A stretch of DNA of 64,000 nt from Balamuthia mandrillaris (taxonomy: Eukaryota), in assembly GCA_031835245.2 (NCBI GenBank), contig JAVKOQ020000008.1:62001-126000 (forward strand). The letters run 5' to 3'. The notes beneath the pieces are model-generated. The model was not told the DNA's origin. It did no database searches and was given only the letters and a program-made list of their open reading frames with translations. Below are positions 27,792 to 39,209 of the stretch, in pieces. Positions within the stretch are counted from its first letter, which is position 1, and each line of letters opens with the position of its first letter. A program made the translations under genes and the position numbers.

Positions 27792-29976
27792 ATACCAACG
27801 GCTCTCATCGCTAGGATTGCCTCGAAAAGAGACGGTGATCTCACCGACTGGTTTGCCCTCAAAGCTGATAGTGCCTCTCCAGAGTATCACTGTTTTCGTT
27901 TGTTGTTTGCTGACCGATGTCTTTGTTGTAATTGGAGGAGCATAAAATGAATCGGTTATCGTTGTTGCATTTCCGTTGTTGCTGTTATTGTTGAGAGTTA
28001 ATGTAGATCCAGTTTCGCCCAAAATACTACCCAACACATCGACTTTGCTGCTCGAAGAAGATGTAGAGGTAGTTGGTGTTAATTTAGAATTGGTAGGAGA
28101 AGTAGCCGTTTGTGTAGTCGAACGAAGAGCGAAGTCCAAAGCCAAAGCATTTGCGTTGAGATCGTTGGTTGGAGCATGATAAAAGTCAACAACTGGTAAA
28201 CCGTTATTCGTGGATGATGCTGTAGTTAGCGGTTTAGCGTCTTCTCGACTTGCTGTGCTAGCCATCCAATCCCATCCTCCAGTTTCTTCGTTCTTAAGCC
28301 CATCTTTCTGCACCACATCAACAGAAAAAGGGTCGAATGAAGCAGCAGAAGAAGCATTTAGTGATGACGCAGTAGAATGATTATGATCGGAAGCGTGAAT
28401 GAAAGGAGAGACTAAAGTAGGAACCCGTTTGTTGAGCTGCATGTCGCACTGGTCGCAAAACCAATCGCCTTCCGGTATTTCGTCCAAAGGAGGAAAGATG
28501 CAGTACGTGTGATAGGCTTTGTTGCAGTTCTCCCCATCGCAGAGTAACATGTTTTCTGGATCGTCTTCACGACCACAACATTCGCATTTGGTGTCATCTT
28601 CTTCATCGTCTTCATTCTCTTCTCCGTTTTCTTCAGTTTCCTCCTCCTCTTCCTCTTCCTCTTCTGCGTAAGAGTTTAATCGTGCGCTTCTTCTTGTTCG
28701 AAGGCTTGTTCGGCGTTCCTCTTTCTTTATGCCTGTAGAAACCTGATTGTTTGGTGTTGCTGTTTCGGTTTGTTTTCGGAGCTTTTGTCGAAACTCAGCA
28801 GCCAGTTTTCTTCTTGCTGCTTCCGCTTTCTTTCTGGTCATACTCTTTTGAATCCGTTGTCTCAATCCAGCTTTTCTTCCGGTTTCCATCACCGTGCCAT
28901 CTTCTGAGTTATTGTCTTTGCGATTTGTTCTCTTTTTCCTCGTTTTCGTTTCGTGTTCTTTTGCTTCCTCTTGATTTTCTTTCTCGCTTACACTATTATT
29001 AGAGTTGCCGTTTTCTTGCCGTGATCCACTCGATCTTCTGGAACGTGACCGAGACGTAATCTTTGCATAAATGCGTGCTTCGTCATCAGCATCTTCTTCG
29101 CTTTCAGTGCCATCTCCATTTACTTCTTCCTCTTCCTCCTCTTCCTTCGGTGGCATAAACTCTTCGTCTTCCATTGAATTATTTTCTTCCACTTCGTCTT
29201 GTTCTTCATCTTCTTCCTCCTCTTGCTCTTCTGTTTGTTCTGTTTCTTGCTTTTCCTTTCCTTCTGCATTTTCTGCTTTTTTCTGGCAGCAACGAGGGCA
29301 AAACCAGTCTCCTTCTGGCACGGCCTCCAAAGGAGGATCCAAGCAGAACATGTGCCATCCGCTGTCACAACCATCGCACAGCAACATCTTTTCTGCTTCC
29401 GTATCTTTTTTACATATTTCACAAAGCTTATGAAGGAAGAGAGAATGGAGAAGAGAAAGAGTTAGCTTTAAACATTTGATACCAGTAAGGTTCTACGTAC
29501 CTCATCTTCCTCTTCCTCCTCCTCCTCCTCTTCTTCTCTCCGTTTCTTTTTGGACCTGGCTGCCGCTTGCTTTGAGCGTGTGCTGCTCCTTCGCGCACCC
29601 CCTTTGTTTTTAGCGCCGCCCTGAGTCCTCGAACTTCTTCTGCTCGGCCTTTTTCTTCTAGAGAGCTCTCGTTCCTCCTCTTCCTCCTCCGCCTCTTGCT
29701 CCTCCTCCTCTATCCATCGCTTACGCTTGCTCTGTGTCTGGCCTCCTGTTTGTTTGGTGTTTGTATTTAAAAAAATGTATTAGTATTTTGATCAACAAAA
29801 AAAAACGTAGCGAGACACTTCATCAAACAACAAAAAAAAGTTTTTTGGTTACCTCTACTCTTGGAACGGGTGGAGTAAGGATTCCTTGTGGAGGAAGCAG
29901 AAGATCCACCACCACGGGCCGAAGACGATGCTGAAGCAGTTTGGTCAATCCCATTTTCTTCAGCAGTGTTGCTCAT
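25787..29976 (-). CDS. Double-PHD-finger protein with C-terminal SPOC + DomII + PIN-like module (TASOR/Chp1-like); 3' end uncertain
   Basis: PHD1 CEIC...LLCDGCDSGWHMFCLDPPL...GDWFCPRC and PHD2 CECC...LLCDGENCNKAYHTYC...WFCDQC. SPOC-like ILWRGTI...DWPQG...FEYFSALL...LYIYP. C-terminal LIIVNS...ICEIPGI...LFPSGGLIV...REWVVKI...YRHIILLSD. PHDs are certain; the C-terminal assignment is by recall. Confidence 0.8.
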
Positions 29977-30087
29977 TTTTTTTTTTTCTTTGTTGGAGCT
30001 TTTTTTTTTTGTTTTTCAGCGTGGTGTGCGTGTCGTTGTCTGCTGTGGTTCGATCCGCGTACGGTTTCTTTTTTTTTCAAAAACAAA

Positions 30088-30293
30088 AAAACGTAGTGGC
30101 AGAGAATAGAACAGCACAAAGGGAGCGAGCCTCTTGCTACTTTGTATGCGTGTGTGTAGAGCTCTGTTCGCCACCGCCGCTTGCTTGCTTTCTTTTTTTT
30201 AAAACGTAGTGGCAGAGAATAGAACAACACAGGGAGTGGGCCTCTTGCTACTTTGTATGCGTGTGTGCGTGCGTGTAGAGCTCTATTCGCCAC
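30088..30293. repeat. Two direct copies (about 90 bp, period 113) of a hairpin-ended element
   Basis: aaaacgtagtggcagagaatagaac...gcctcttgctactttgtatgcgtgtgtg...tagagctct(g/a)ttcgccac at 30088-30174 and 30201-30293. Confidence 0.9.
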
Positions 30294-30565
30294 CCACCGC
30301 GTAACAACAACAACAGAACAAAAAAAAAAATGGCTTGGCCGCTGTCACTGCAGTCTTATTTGGTGCTGTATTGTATTTTTATTTTGTTGTTTTCTTTCTT
30401 GGCTCGTCGCAGATTTTTCATTTTTTGTCGACGGGAATTTCCTCTTTTGGGGATGATTGTTCCCATAATTTCTATGTATGGAAATGGAAACGAGGGTTAT
30501 AGATCTGGTCACGTGGATTTTTTGAATTTTTATTGGAGGAAACTTTGGGGTAGAGGTACGAAAAT

Positions 30566-30773
30566 TTAGATTTGACGTTTGCCGCTGCCGAAGAGAAGGT
30601 AGAAAAGCAGAGCAGCGGCATATATCGAAGCCGCTATCCAAAAGACAATCTGCCATCTGCTTTCGTCGCTTTCGTCATCGCCCACTATCGCTCCTGTTAA
30701 GGTTGGTGATACGATTCCTGGAATCGTTGCAGCTGTGTTTGGTTTTCAATGTAAGAATTACTGTGCCCTTCCT

Positions 30774-30821
<48 letters not shown>

Positions 30822-32960
30822 TCTCTCTTCTCTCTTCGTTCTCTCTTTTCCACTTCGCGGCTTTGCTTCTCTTCTCTCGTTCTCAAACCTGTGTTGGTGA
30901 GGCCCATAAGAAGTCCAGCATAGTTGGGCGCAATATCCAAGTGATTCACCTGAAAACCAGAACTGCATAGCCCGCTGAAACCAGTGGAAATGGTCATGAA
31001 TGCCACGCTAACCGGCACGGAGTGGCAGTAACCAGCTCCTAAGAGCGTTCCCCCTGCCACAACGAAAGCTAGGGTCTCGAATATCTTTCTCACAATTGTA
31101 GTACTGAATATTTTGCCTTGTTTTAAAAAGAAGATTGAAACAAGAAATGAGAAGAGGAACAACAAAAAAAATACGAAGAACAAGCGAAAGAAGGAAAAGA
31201 AGGAAAAGAAGGAGAAGGAACAACAATAAAAATACCATTACCACCAAGAAGAAGAAGAAAAAGAAGAAGAAGAAGGAGAAGAAGAAGAAGAACAACAACA
31301 ACAACAAAAATGAGAAGGAACGTACGAGTAATGAGAAAGTCGGCCACAATGCCAGAAAGAATCCATGCGAAACTAATTGCAACGTAAGGAAGAACGGCGA
31401 TGAACCCTGCGTGCTTGATATCGAAGCCGAGGACTTCTTTAAGGTACTTTGGCAACCATGTAAGCATTGTATAAAAGGCCTATTAAAAGTACATTAACAA
31501 CGTTAAAGAAGAAATAGAAAAGAAGAAAAAGAACAAGAAGAATTACCCAATTGTTGGCAAAATGGTTTGTAAGAATAGCCCAGAAGGGAAGACACATGAG
31601 AATCTTGCGCCATGGCAATTGCAACAGAGATTCTTTCTTTGGTGGAGGAAGAGAGAACACAATATGCTCATATTCCTTTTTTGAAGAATAAAAATAAGGG
31701 AAAAGGACAGCAACAAAGCAGGAGAGAGAAGACGCACTTTTTGAGAAATAGTGGAATGGACCGCTGGAGAGTCGGCAATAAAGTATGCCCAAGGCACAAA
31801 CCACAGAATGCCTACAATGCCATACACATAAAATACAGCGGGCCAACCACCCAAAAAGCTAGAGTCCACAAGAGCTCCCGAACTGGGAAAGGCAATGATG
31901 GTTCCTACGTACGCTCCGCTGTAACACAGAGAGACCATGCGAGAACGTTCGGAGGGGGGTGCCCATTCGCCAAACATGGCGTGCATCGCGGGATAGGTGA
32001 CGCCCTCTCCAATTCCTTCTGCAACACGCAACGCTATGACAAACCTTCAAAAATTGTTGGGATGAGAACGAAGCAGAGAGCGGAGGAGAAAAGAGAGGAG
32101 GGGCAGTCAACCCTATGTGGAGCTTTGCAGCAATTGGTGTGAGAAGTGTCAGCAGAGCAGTACAAAGAATGCCGATACCATAAACCCACTTGCCGCCAAA
32201 TCGCGAAGCGAACCATCCGCCAGGTATCTGTCATAAAACAGTAACACTATGTCAGTATTATGAACATTTGTCGTCTTCTCCTGTTCATAGTCATAGTGTT
32301 CTGTTCCTTCTTGCTCCATTGAAAACGAAAAGAACCGAAAAGTTACCTGCGTAAGAATGTAGCCAATGAAGAAAGAGGAGAGAACAAAGCCTTGGTTGAA
32401 AGAGCTCCATTTATACTCTTCTCCCATGGGATCAATTGTTATGCTCATTATGACTCGTAAAACTGTTGGAGACAAAAAAATGCCAAACGTAAGAAGAAGA
32501 ACAAGAAAGAAACGAAGAAGAAGAAGAAGAAGAAGAAGAAGAAGAACAAGAACAAGAACAAGAACAAGAACAAGAACAAGAGGAAGAAAAAGAACAAGAA
32601 GAACGAGAACGAGAAGAAGACGAAAGAAATCTGAAAACAAACAAGAACGGAATGACAAACAAGAAAGTGAAGGGCAGCAGTACTGTAGACGTTCAGGAAC
32701 CCAAAGAAACCGAGCAGGACCAGTATGTACCGTTTGGGGAAGTAGTACCGGCCTTGCGCTGGTCTCACTTTGCCATCCCCTTTCCCGGCTGTTGTGCCGG
32801 CCAACAACTCGTCGGTGCCTTCCTCGTCCGCGCTGTAGAGGGTAGCGGAGGAAGTGGCCTCCTCCTCCCCCTCCACCGACAAGGAATAGTACGGTGGTGG
32901 TTGGGGTGTTCTGGCCGCATCCTCATCATGGAACAAAAGCGGAGAGGTCTCCTGCGCCAT
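30566..32960 (-). CDS. MFS anion:cation symporter (SLC17/sialin-like), multi-exon
   Basis: [86 protein letters not shown], last exon ATIPGIVSP...WQIVFWIAA...GSGKRQI*. N-terminal ETSPLL. Confidence 0.92.
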
Positions 32961-33558
32961 TTTTTTTTTCAAGATGATGCAATCACCTCTAACGAAAAGA
33001 AGAAAAGAGAAACAACAATGGAGAGAGCAAGAGAGAGAAAAAGAAAGGGGGCAGTATTGGTCCTTGGGTAGTTGGGTAGTGCAAGAAGGAGCGTTTCAGA
33101 CTCGCGTTCTGCTTGCCTCAGTTGTTCATGTCGTCACGGTGTTTAATGCGTTCTTCGATTTCACGATCTCATTTTCTATTGAGGCGGAGTTAAAACATTC
33201 ACGTGTTTCATGATTAAAGTCGCTTGATTCCATCCGTTCCTTGCGCGGACATCTTTTGTCCAGCTTTGTGGGCCTTGGGAAGCGATGGTGGTGTTTTACC
33301 GTTTCCTAACCCGAAGTTGATCAGGTGGACTTTTAAATGACTTTCCAGCCACTCTACGAGGAATTTCGGTTTGGCCGGAAAGAAGAAAGAAATGAAAACA
33401 GGAGGCATCGTCCCTGTAGAGTCCCTCTTCTTTCTCCCCTCCTCTCTTCTATGCTTTCTTTCTCTCTCCCTAGACAAACGTTTTAAAAAATAGTGTTTGG
33501 TTGAATCAAAAGAAAAAATAAAAACAAGTCCTTCCTCCAGTTTGTTTTTGTGTTTTTT

Positions 33559-35076
33559 TTACGTGTAAATATGCTTTGGTGCCGTCGAGTTGCCACCTGC
33601 ATCGTTTTCAAGTCCGTTCACGTCCAAAGTCTCGTTCGTTTTCAAAGTTCCCGTTGTTGTGAAGCTCCTGCGGCCAAAGGTTCCCTCAGGGGTGAGCGTA
33701 GCCGGCTCTCCTTTCTCCGCTTGCTTCCCGTTTGGTTGAGCGTGGGCTCCATAGAAGTGTGCGACCAAGCCCCTTCCGCCGTTGCTTTGCGGTTGCGATT
33801 GCGCAAGGGTTTGTTGTGATGAAGAAGAAGTGCTGCTGTTGTTGGCGTCCTGGATCCGGTGGGTTGCTTGAAGCGGTGAGCTGCGTAACTGCTCTTCTTC
33901 CTCCTTCCAGCTGGTCATGATAGCAGAGGCAGCGGTGTCATGGGATTTGAAGGCGGGAGAAGAGGTGGCGGATGGTGATGAAGAGGAAGAAGGGGAGGAA
34001 GGGGAGTGAAAGCTAGCGTTTGCCTCTGCAAAAAGTTTTTCTCGTGTGTCCTTGTCCAAGGTGTGGACGGCGTTGTGGCGCTCCAGAAAGGCGAGGTCCT
34101 CATCGACCTCCTGCTCTTCGATCGTGTAATTCACTTTCAGCAACGGCGTAGCCGCGGTGGCGCCTGTCCCTGTCACCTTTCGCCGCTCTTCGAGTCTTCT
34201 GTCCTCTTCCTCTTCCTCCTCCTCCTCCTCCTCCTCCTCTGCTTCACCACCGCCGCTGTGCACTCCGTTTGGAAGGAGCTTGGCCGCCGCGTCGTGTGCT
34301 GTGCCTTCCTCTTCCTCTGTGCCTGCTTCTCTCTCCCTAACAACCTCCATACCATCCGCCGCCTCCTCTTCCTCTGCCTGCTCCTTCTTTATCTTATTCC
34401 TCGCAGCACCCATCCCAACCAACGTTGCACCAGAAGCACCCTCAGCACCACCAGAGGACAAGCTAAAGCATGGTCGCTTGGGCGGGGCTCCCTTGCAGCC
34501 CATGCGCCTCCACTTCCTGGCCCTGTAGAGCCACCACTGCTCCTCCACCATCTTTTGCTTCTTCCGGAGGCGCAGCTTGAGCTTGTCCTGGAGGACGTCT
34601 ATGGCATGGCCGTACTCCTCCTCGGCCTGCTGCAGCTGGGCCTGGAAGACGTGCAGCACGTTCTCCTGGCTGTACTGCCGCCACTTCTCGATGCTCCACA
34701 GCTTCTTGCGCTGGAGCTCCGCCAGGTGGGCCACCTTTTGGAGGTATCCCGCGTGCGTGCCCTCCATGATGGCCTGCAGCTCCGCCTGATGTTGCTCCAT
34801 TGGGCTGCTGGTCTCGTGGTGGTGGTGGTCGGTGTTGTCGTTGCCAGTGGCGGCGGGTGGGTGGTGTGGGTTGGAGGAGGAGGAGGAGGAGGCGGCAGCA
34901 GCACTCGCTTCAGCTCCCTCAGCCCCACCACCACCCCCCATGCTGGGCGAGGAGAGGGCAGGAGGTTGGATGATGGCGGAAGGCTTGGAAGGAGGGGGAG
35001 AGGAGGAGGTGGCGGGTCCACCGCCATCCCCTCCTTCCGCCGAGTTGGTAACTTGAGTCCCTTCTTCTCCTTCCAT
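33559..35076 (-). CDS. Sds3/BRMS1-like Sin3-HDAC complex subunit; 3' end may be spliced further
   Basis: ELQAIMEGTHAGYLQKVAHL...QAEEEY...LQDKL coiled coil and later YTIEEQEVDEDLAFL motif are typical of the Sds3 family. Confidence 0.75.
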   Translation of the reverse strand: MEGEEGTQVTNSAEGGDGGGPATSSSPPPSKPSAIIQPPALSSPSMGGGGGAEGAEASAAAASSSSSSNPHHPPAATGNDNTDHHHHETSSPMEQHQAELQAIMEGTHAGYLQKVAHLAELQRKKLWSIEKWRQYSQENVLHVFQAQLQQAEEEYGHAIDVLQDKLKLRLRKKQKMVEEQWWLYRARKWRRMGCKGAPPKRPCFSLSSGGAEGASGATLVGMGAARNKIKKEQAEEEEAADGMEVVREREAGTEEEEGTAHDAAAKLLPNGVHSGGGEAEEEEEEEEEEEEDRRLEERRKVTGTGATAATPLLKVNYTIEEQEVDEDLAFLERHNAVHTLDKDTREKLFAEANASFHSPSSPSSSSSPSATSSPAFKSHDTAASAIMTSWKEEEEQLRSSPLQATHRIQDANNSSTSSSSQQTLAQSQPQSNGGRGLVAHFYGAHAQPNGKQAEKGEPATLTPEGTFGRRSFTTTGTLKTNETLDVNGLENDAGGNSTAPKHIYT

Positions 35077-35948
35077 AGTTATCGAAAAGACTTTTTGTTT
35101 TGTTGTTTTCTGTTTTTTTTTTTTCTATTCCGAAATTATTTTTTTGCTTTTTAGATAATTTTATTTATTATTATTTATTTTTATTTTTCTTTTCTTTCGG
35201 TTCTTTTTAAATGTTTGGATGTTCTCTTCTCTTATACTCTTATTTTTTTTTAAACTTTAAAATAAACAAATAGACAAAAACAAGTTAAGCGGAGATATGT
35301 TATGGAACAAAAAGAAAAGTGTGGATTATGGTTTTTTTTTTTCCAACAACAAACAAAGGAGCGGTTTATTTTGGTTGCTTTGTTTTGTTGTTTTTGTGGG
35401 TGACACCGTCCAATCGATAACAAGAAGAAGTCAACTTGCAAGTTCACCGTTTCATTTATTTTTGTTTGGTGTGTTCCCAACTATCACGTACCAACATGGA
35501 AGAGAGACAGAGAGCTTGACCGAGTGAGTGCTGCTGGGTGAGCTCTATTGTCAAAGAAAAAAACGCATGGGGGGGGTGGAGAAAAGAAGAGAGGCATAGA
35601 AGCGGTTCATCGCTGTGCTCTCTCCTCCTGCTGGGTCCCGTGTGTAGTGAGTTTCAGCTTTGATTTCTGATTGAGAGTTTAAAGTTTGATTTTTCATTAG
35701 TCACGAAATTTGTCTTGCAATCGTTTTTCATAAATTCTCCTTAATGCAAATCACTGGTTTTTTCGATTTTCCATTGGCCGCTATTCTTTTAGCCAATTCA
35801 TTTTCAGATATTCGATCGATCTCGCCTAAAGGAAAGAACATTTTTAAGGAGGCGCGTAACGAACAAGAAGAGGTCTCTAGCACTGCTTGGGAAGTCCGAC
35901 TCCTGCGTGCCCGCTAATGCGGAGATTGTCAACCATCGCGAACCCCGA

Positions 35949-37354
35949 ATGAGTGTGTCGCTAAGCTCCCTGGACCTAGACCTCAGCACCAACGAGATCG
36001 TTTGCCTCACCTTGTCCGTGGCCTTGTTTTGTCTCTACCACGTCTTCTACTTTTGGGTCGTTGTGTTCAAGGAAGGGGCCGTCACTTTGGGGAAGAACCT
36101 GCATTTCCGGCGGGAATGGACGAGGACCTTGGCGCTTCGTGCGGAGGTTGAGCCCATCCTGGCGATTCAAACTTTTCGCAACAACAACATGGCCTCCAGT
36201 TTTCTTGCCTCCACGAGCATCATTGTTGGGTTTGGTATCCTTAACATCGGTACATAGTTCTTGTTCTTGTTATTCTTCTTGTTCTTGTTCTTGTTCTTCT
36301 TCTTCTTCTTCTTCTTGTTTTTGTTCTTCTTCTTCTTCTTCTGCTTCTTCTTCTTCTTCTTCTTGTTCTTGTTCTTCTTCTTCTTCCTGTTCTTCTTCTT
36401 CTTCTTCTTCTTCTTCTTCTTCTTCTTCTTCTTTTCTCTTTTTTTTTTTTTTGTTTTGTTTTGTTTTGTTTTTTTTGTTTGTTTTGTTTGTTTTTTCTTC
36501 TTCTTGTTCTTCTTCTTCTTCTTCTTCTTCTTCTTCTTCTTCTTCTTCTTCTTCTTCTTCTTCTTCTTCTTCTTCTTCTTCTTCTTCTGCTTCTTCTGCT
36601 TCCGTTCTAACGCCTTTTTTTTACAGCAATCGATCCAGGCAACGAGCTTGACGACAACAGCATCCTTCGAATGGCTATTCTTTCCATTCTCTTCTTTATT
36701 GCGTTCTTCTTTTTCTCCCTCTCCATTCGGAGCTACAATCACTCTGCCTTTCTCGCCGGTATACAGCCACCGGCAGAGGGATGGGGCAAAACCTCGTCAC
36801 GGTTAGGCAAGGTTCGTGTTGGGTTCTTGTCTTATTTGTAGCTTCTTTTTTTTGTTGCTTTCTTGTCATTTCTTGTAGTTACGTTTGTTCTTGCCGTTTC
36901 TTTCCGTCATTTCTTTCTTGTGGAGTCTTCCATCTTCCTACAGTTTCTTGCCGTTTCTTTCTTGTTCTGAGTTGCTTGCGATTCTGTCTTTCAGTTTAAG
37001 AAATGGAACCACCACAACAATAATCACCACTTGGAGACTGACTTGACAAAACGAACTTCTTCAACCACAACCTCAAGCCAACAAGTTGAAGCGAATACCT
37101 CAAATGTCAACGAAGACGACAAGAAAGATGCATTGGGAAGAGCCATCACGCTGAAGGGAAAAAAGAAATGGGAACTGCATTACAGCGTGCTAAAGCACCA
37201 AATGACAGCTGCTGCAGTCTACTGGACGCTTGGACTGCGAGGATTCTACTTTGCCATCCCAATTGGCTTCTGGTCCGTAGGCCCCTTTTGGATGTTGGGC
37301 ACTTGCTTCATTGTGCTGTTGATTGTATTGTTACAAGACTTTGTTATAGCATAA
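35949..37354 (+). CDS. DUF599-family membrane protein, 3 exons
   Basis: YHVF...RREW...ILAIQTFRNNNMASSFLAST, AFFFFSLSIRSYNHSAFL, YWTLGLRGFYFAIPIGFWSVGP. Confidence 0.88.
36258..36600. repeat. Long (TTC)n/(TTG)n intronic microsatellite in the DUF599 gene
   Basis: Seen directly. Confidence 0.95.
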
Positions 37355-37373
37355 AAAGAAAAAGTACAAAAGT

Positions 37374-38707
37374 TTAACTGTTCTCTTGTATCCATTTATA
37401 AAGATCCAAACTTTTGGTGTGCTTTATCACCAACTCACGGTGCCAAGGGCACCCATGTTTCCTTGCCCACCTAAGCACTTTCAAATGTCCACCTCTCACC
37501 GCCTCTGTGCAAGTGGCTTCATTCCACGGGCACCCATTCTCACGTGCCCATTTCACGACTTTAAGTTGCCCGCACCTGGCGGCCTCACTGCAGATTCTCT
37601 CATCCCATGCGCACTGCGCCGTCTCTCTCAGCCATTTCAACACTTCCAACTGTCCACTGGCAGCTGCAAGACGACAAGCGTCCTCCTTTGGCCAGTGCAA
37701 GTCTTGTTGATGAGCCCATTGCAAGACGTTCAGGTGACCATCCTCTGCTGCCCGACAACAAGCCAGACCATCCCACAGAGAAGGATCTTGTTGGACGATC
37801 CACTGCAACACCTCCACATGACCTCGCTGCCCTGCACAGATACAAGCCCATTTTTCCCAACGGCAGCCCTGTTGGCGAGCCCACTGGAGCACTTCGAGGT
37901 GGCCAAACGCGGCAGCGCTGGTACAAGTAGAGTATGTGAGAGGACAACCTTGTTTGCAAAGCCATTTTAATACTTCCAGGTGACCTCCCTCTGCTGCCAC
38001 CTCACAGGATGCACCTATTGCGTGTTTGTTTTTTTGTTGGTACCAAAAGGAGATACAAACGCTCTATAAAAAAGAGTAAGCAAACCCCAAGGGCATCCAT
38101 TCTCATGAGCCCACCGCAGCACTTCTAAGTGCCCGTGCTTGGCTGCTGCAGTGCAAGTAGTTTCATCCCAATGACATCCGTTCTCCCGCAACCACTTCAA
38201 AACTTCCAAGTGACCTCCCCTGGCTGCACTGGCACAAGTCCAACTATCTATCAACAAACCACCTTTTTGCATCAGCCACCGCAACACCTCGAGGTGGCCT
38301 TTGGCTGCAGCGTTGTTGCACATCTGCCTCTCATTCCAAGGACAGAGTTGCTCATGCAGCCATTGCAACACTTCCAAGTGGCCTCCCTCCGCAGCCTGAG
38401 AGAAGGTCCACTGGTCCAGGCGCCGGTTCTCTTCATTGACGTGCTTGAGCACCGCCAAGTTCCCTTGGGCCGCAGCTTCGCCAGAGGTCTCGTTGCATAA
38501 GTGGTAGCCGTTGTGTAGCGCCCATTGAAGGTTGCCCACGGAGCTGCACGCCCACGGGATCGAGAGCCTGCGTTTGTTGTTGTCCACCTCCGGCGGGAAA
38601 CAAGTGCAAAAGAACCATCGACGGCAGGTCCTGGCGGCCAACCCCACCGCTCCTTTGGGCAGGAAGCTTAGGACATGCGCGACCAGCTCTGCCGGTAGTT
38701 CTTCCAT
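37374..38707 (-). CDS. F-box + ankyrin-repeat protein (GHLEVLxWxxxxGCPW type)
   Basis: F-box MEELPAELVAHVLSFL...TCRRW followed by many AAxxGHLEVLxW repeats. One intron, 38085-38015. Confidence 0.9.
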
Positions 38708-38725
38708 TCATTAGTTCCGGTTGCT

Positions 38726-38958
38726 GAATGTCGACGTTAAAAGAACAGAACACAGTTTGTTGTCAAATGCTGCATTTTTTGTTCTGTTTGAATGTCGACA
38801 ATATCGTGAATGTAGACGTTAAAGGACGGAACACAGTTCGTCGTCAAATGCTGCAATTTTTGTTCAGTATTTATGTCGACAATATCCAGAGATGTCGACA
38901 TTAAAAGAACGGAACACAGTTCGTCGTCAAATGCTGCAATTTTTGTTCTGGTTGAAGG
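38726..38958. repeat. About 82-bp tandem repeat (roughly 2.8 copies) with GTCGAC-containing inverted ends
   Basis: Units start near 38726, 38808 and 38891: atgtcgac(g/a)ttaaaagaac.gaacacagtt.gt.gtcaaatgctgca.ttttgttc....atgtcgacaatatc. Confidence 0.92.
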
Positions 38959-39209
38959 TTTTTCTCATTTCTTTCTGTCGATTTTTTCGATAAACATTTC
39001 ATAATTATTAACAAAAACAAAAAAAGAAAGTTAAAGAAAAATAATTTGGATTTGGTGTTTGATTCAAAGGTGACCTTTTCCTTCCTTCCCTCCTTCCTTT
39101 CCTTCCTTCTCCCCTCCCTCCTTATTCTTCTTTCTTCTTCATGCACTCTTCTCTCCCTCACGCTTTCTTTTTCTTTTTTTCTTGAAACACACCCAAAAAA
39201 AATAAATAA

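Noticed and set aside
33214..33477. 87-aa minus-strand ORF downstream of the Sds3-like gene
   Set aside because: No recognisable motif and no ATG at the called start. It may be a terminal exon or UTR but cannot be supported.
25787..35076. Functional chromatin gene cluster (TASOR-like + Sds3-like)
   Set aside because: Separated by an unrelated transporter; proximity in a gene-dense eukaryotic genome is probably chance.
34006..35154. 382-aa plus-strand ORF
   Set aside because: Antisense shadow of the Sds3-like gene.
36061..36806. Poly-Lys, poly-Phe and poly-Ser ORFs
   Set aside because: Translations of an intronic (TTC)n microsatellite.
38726..38958. CRISPR-like repeat array
   Set aside because: The whole unit is repeated with no unique spacers, there are no cas genes, and the context is eukaryotic.
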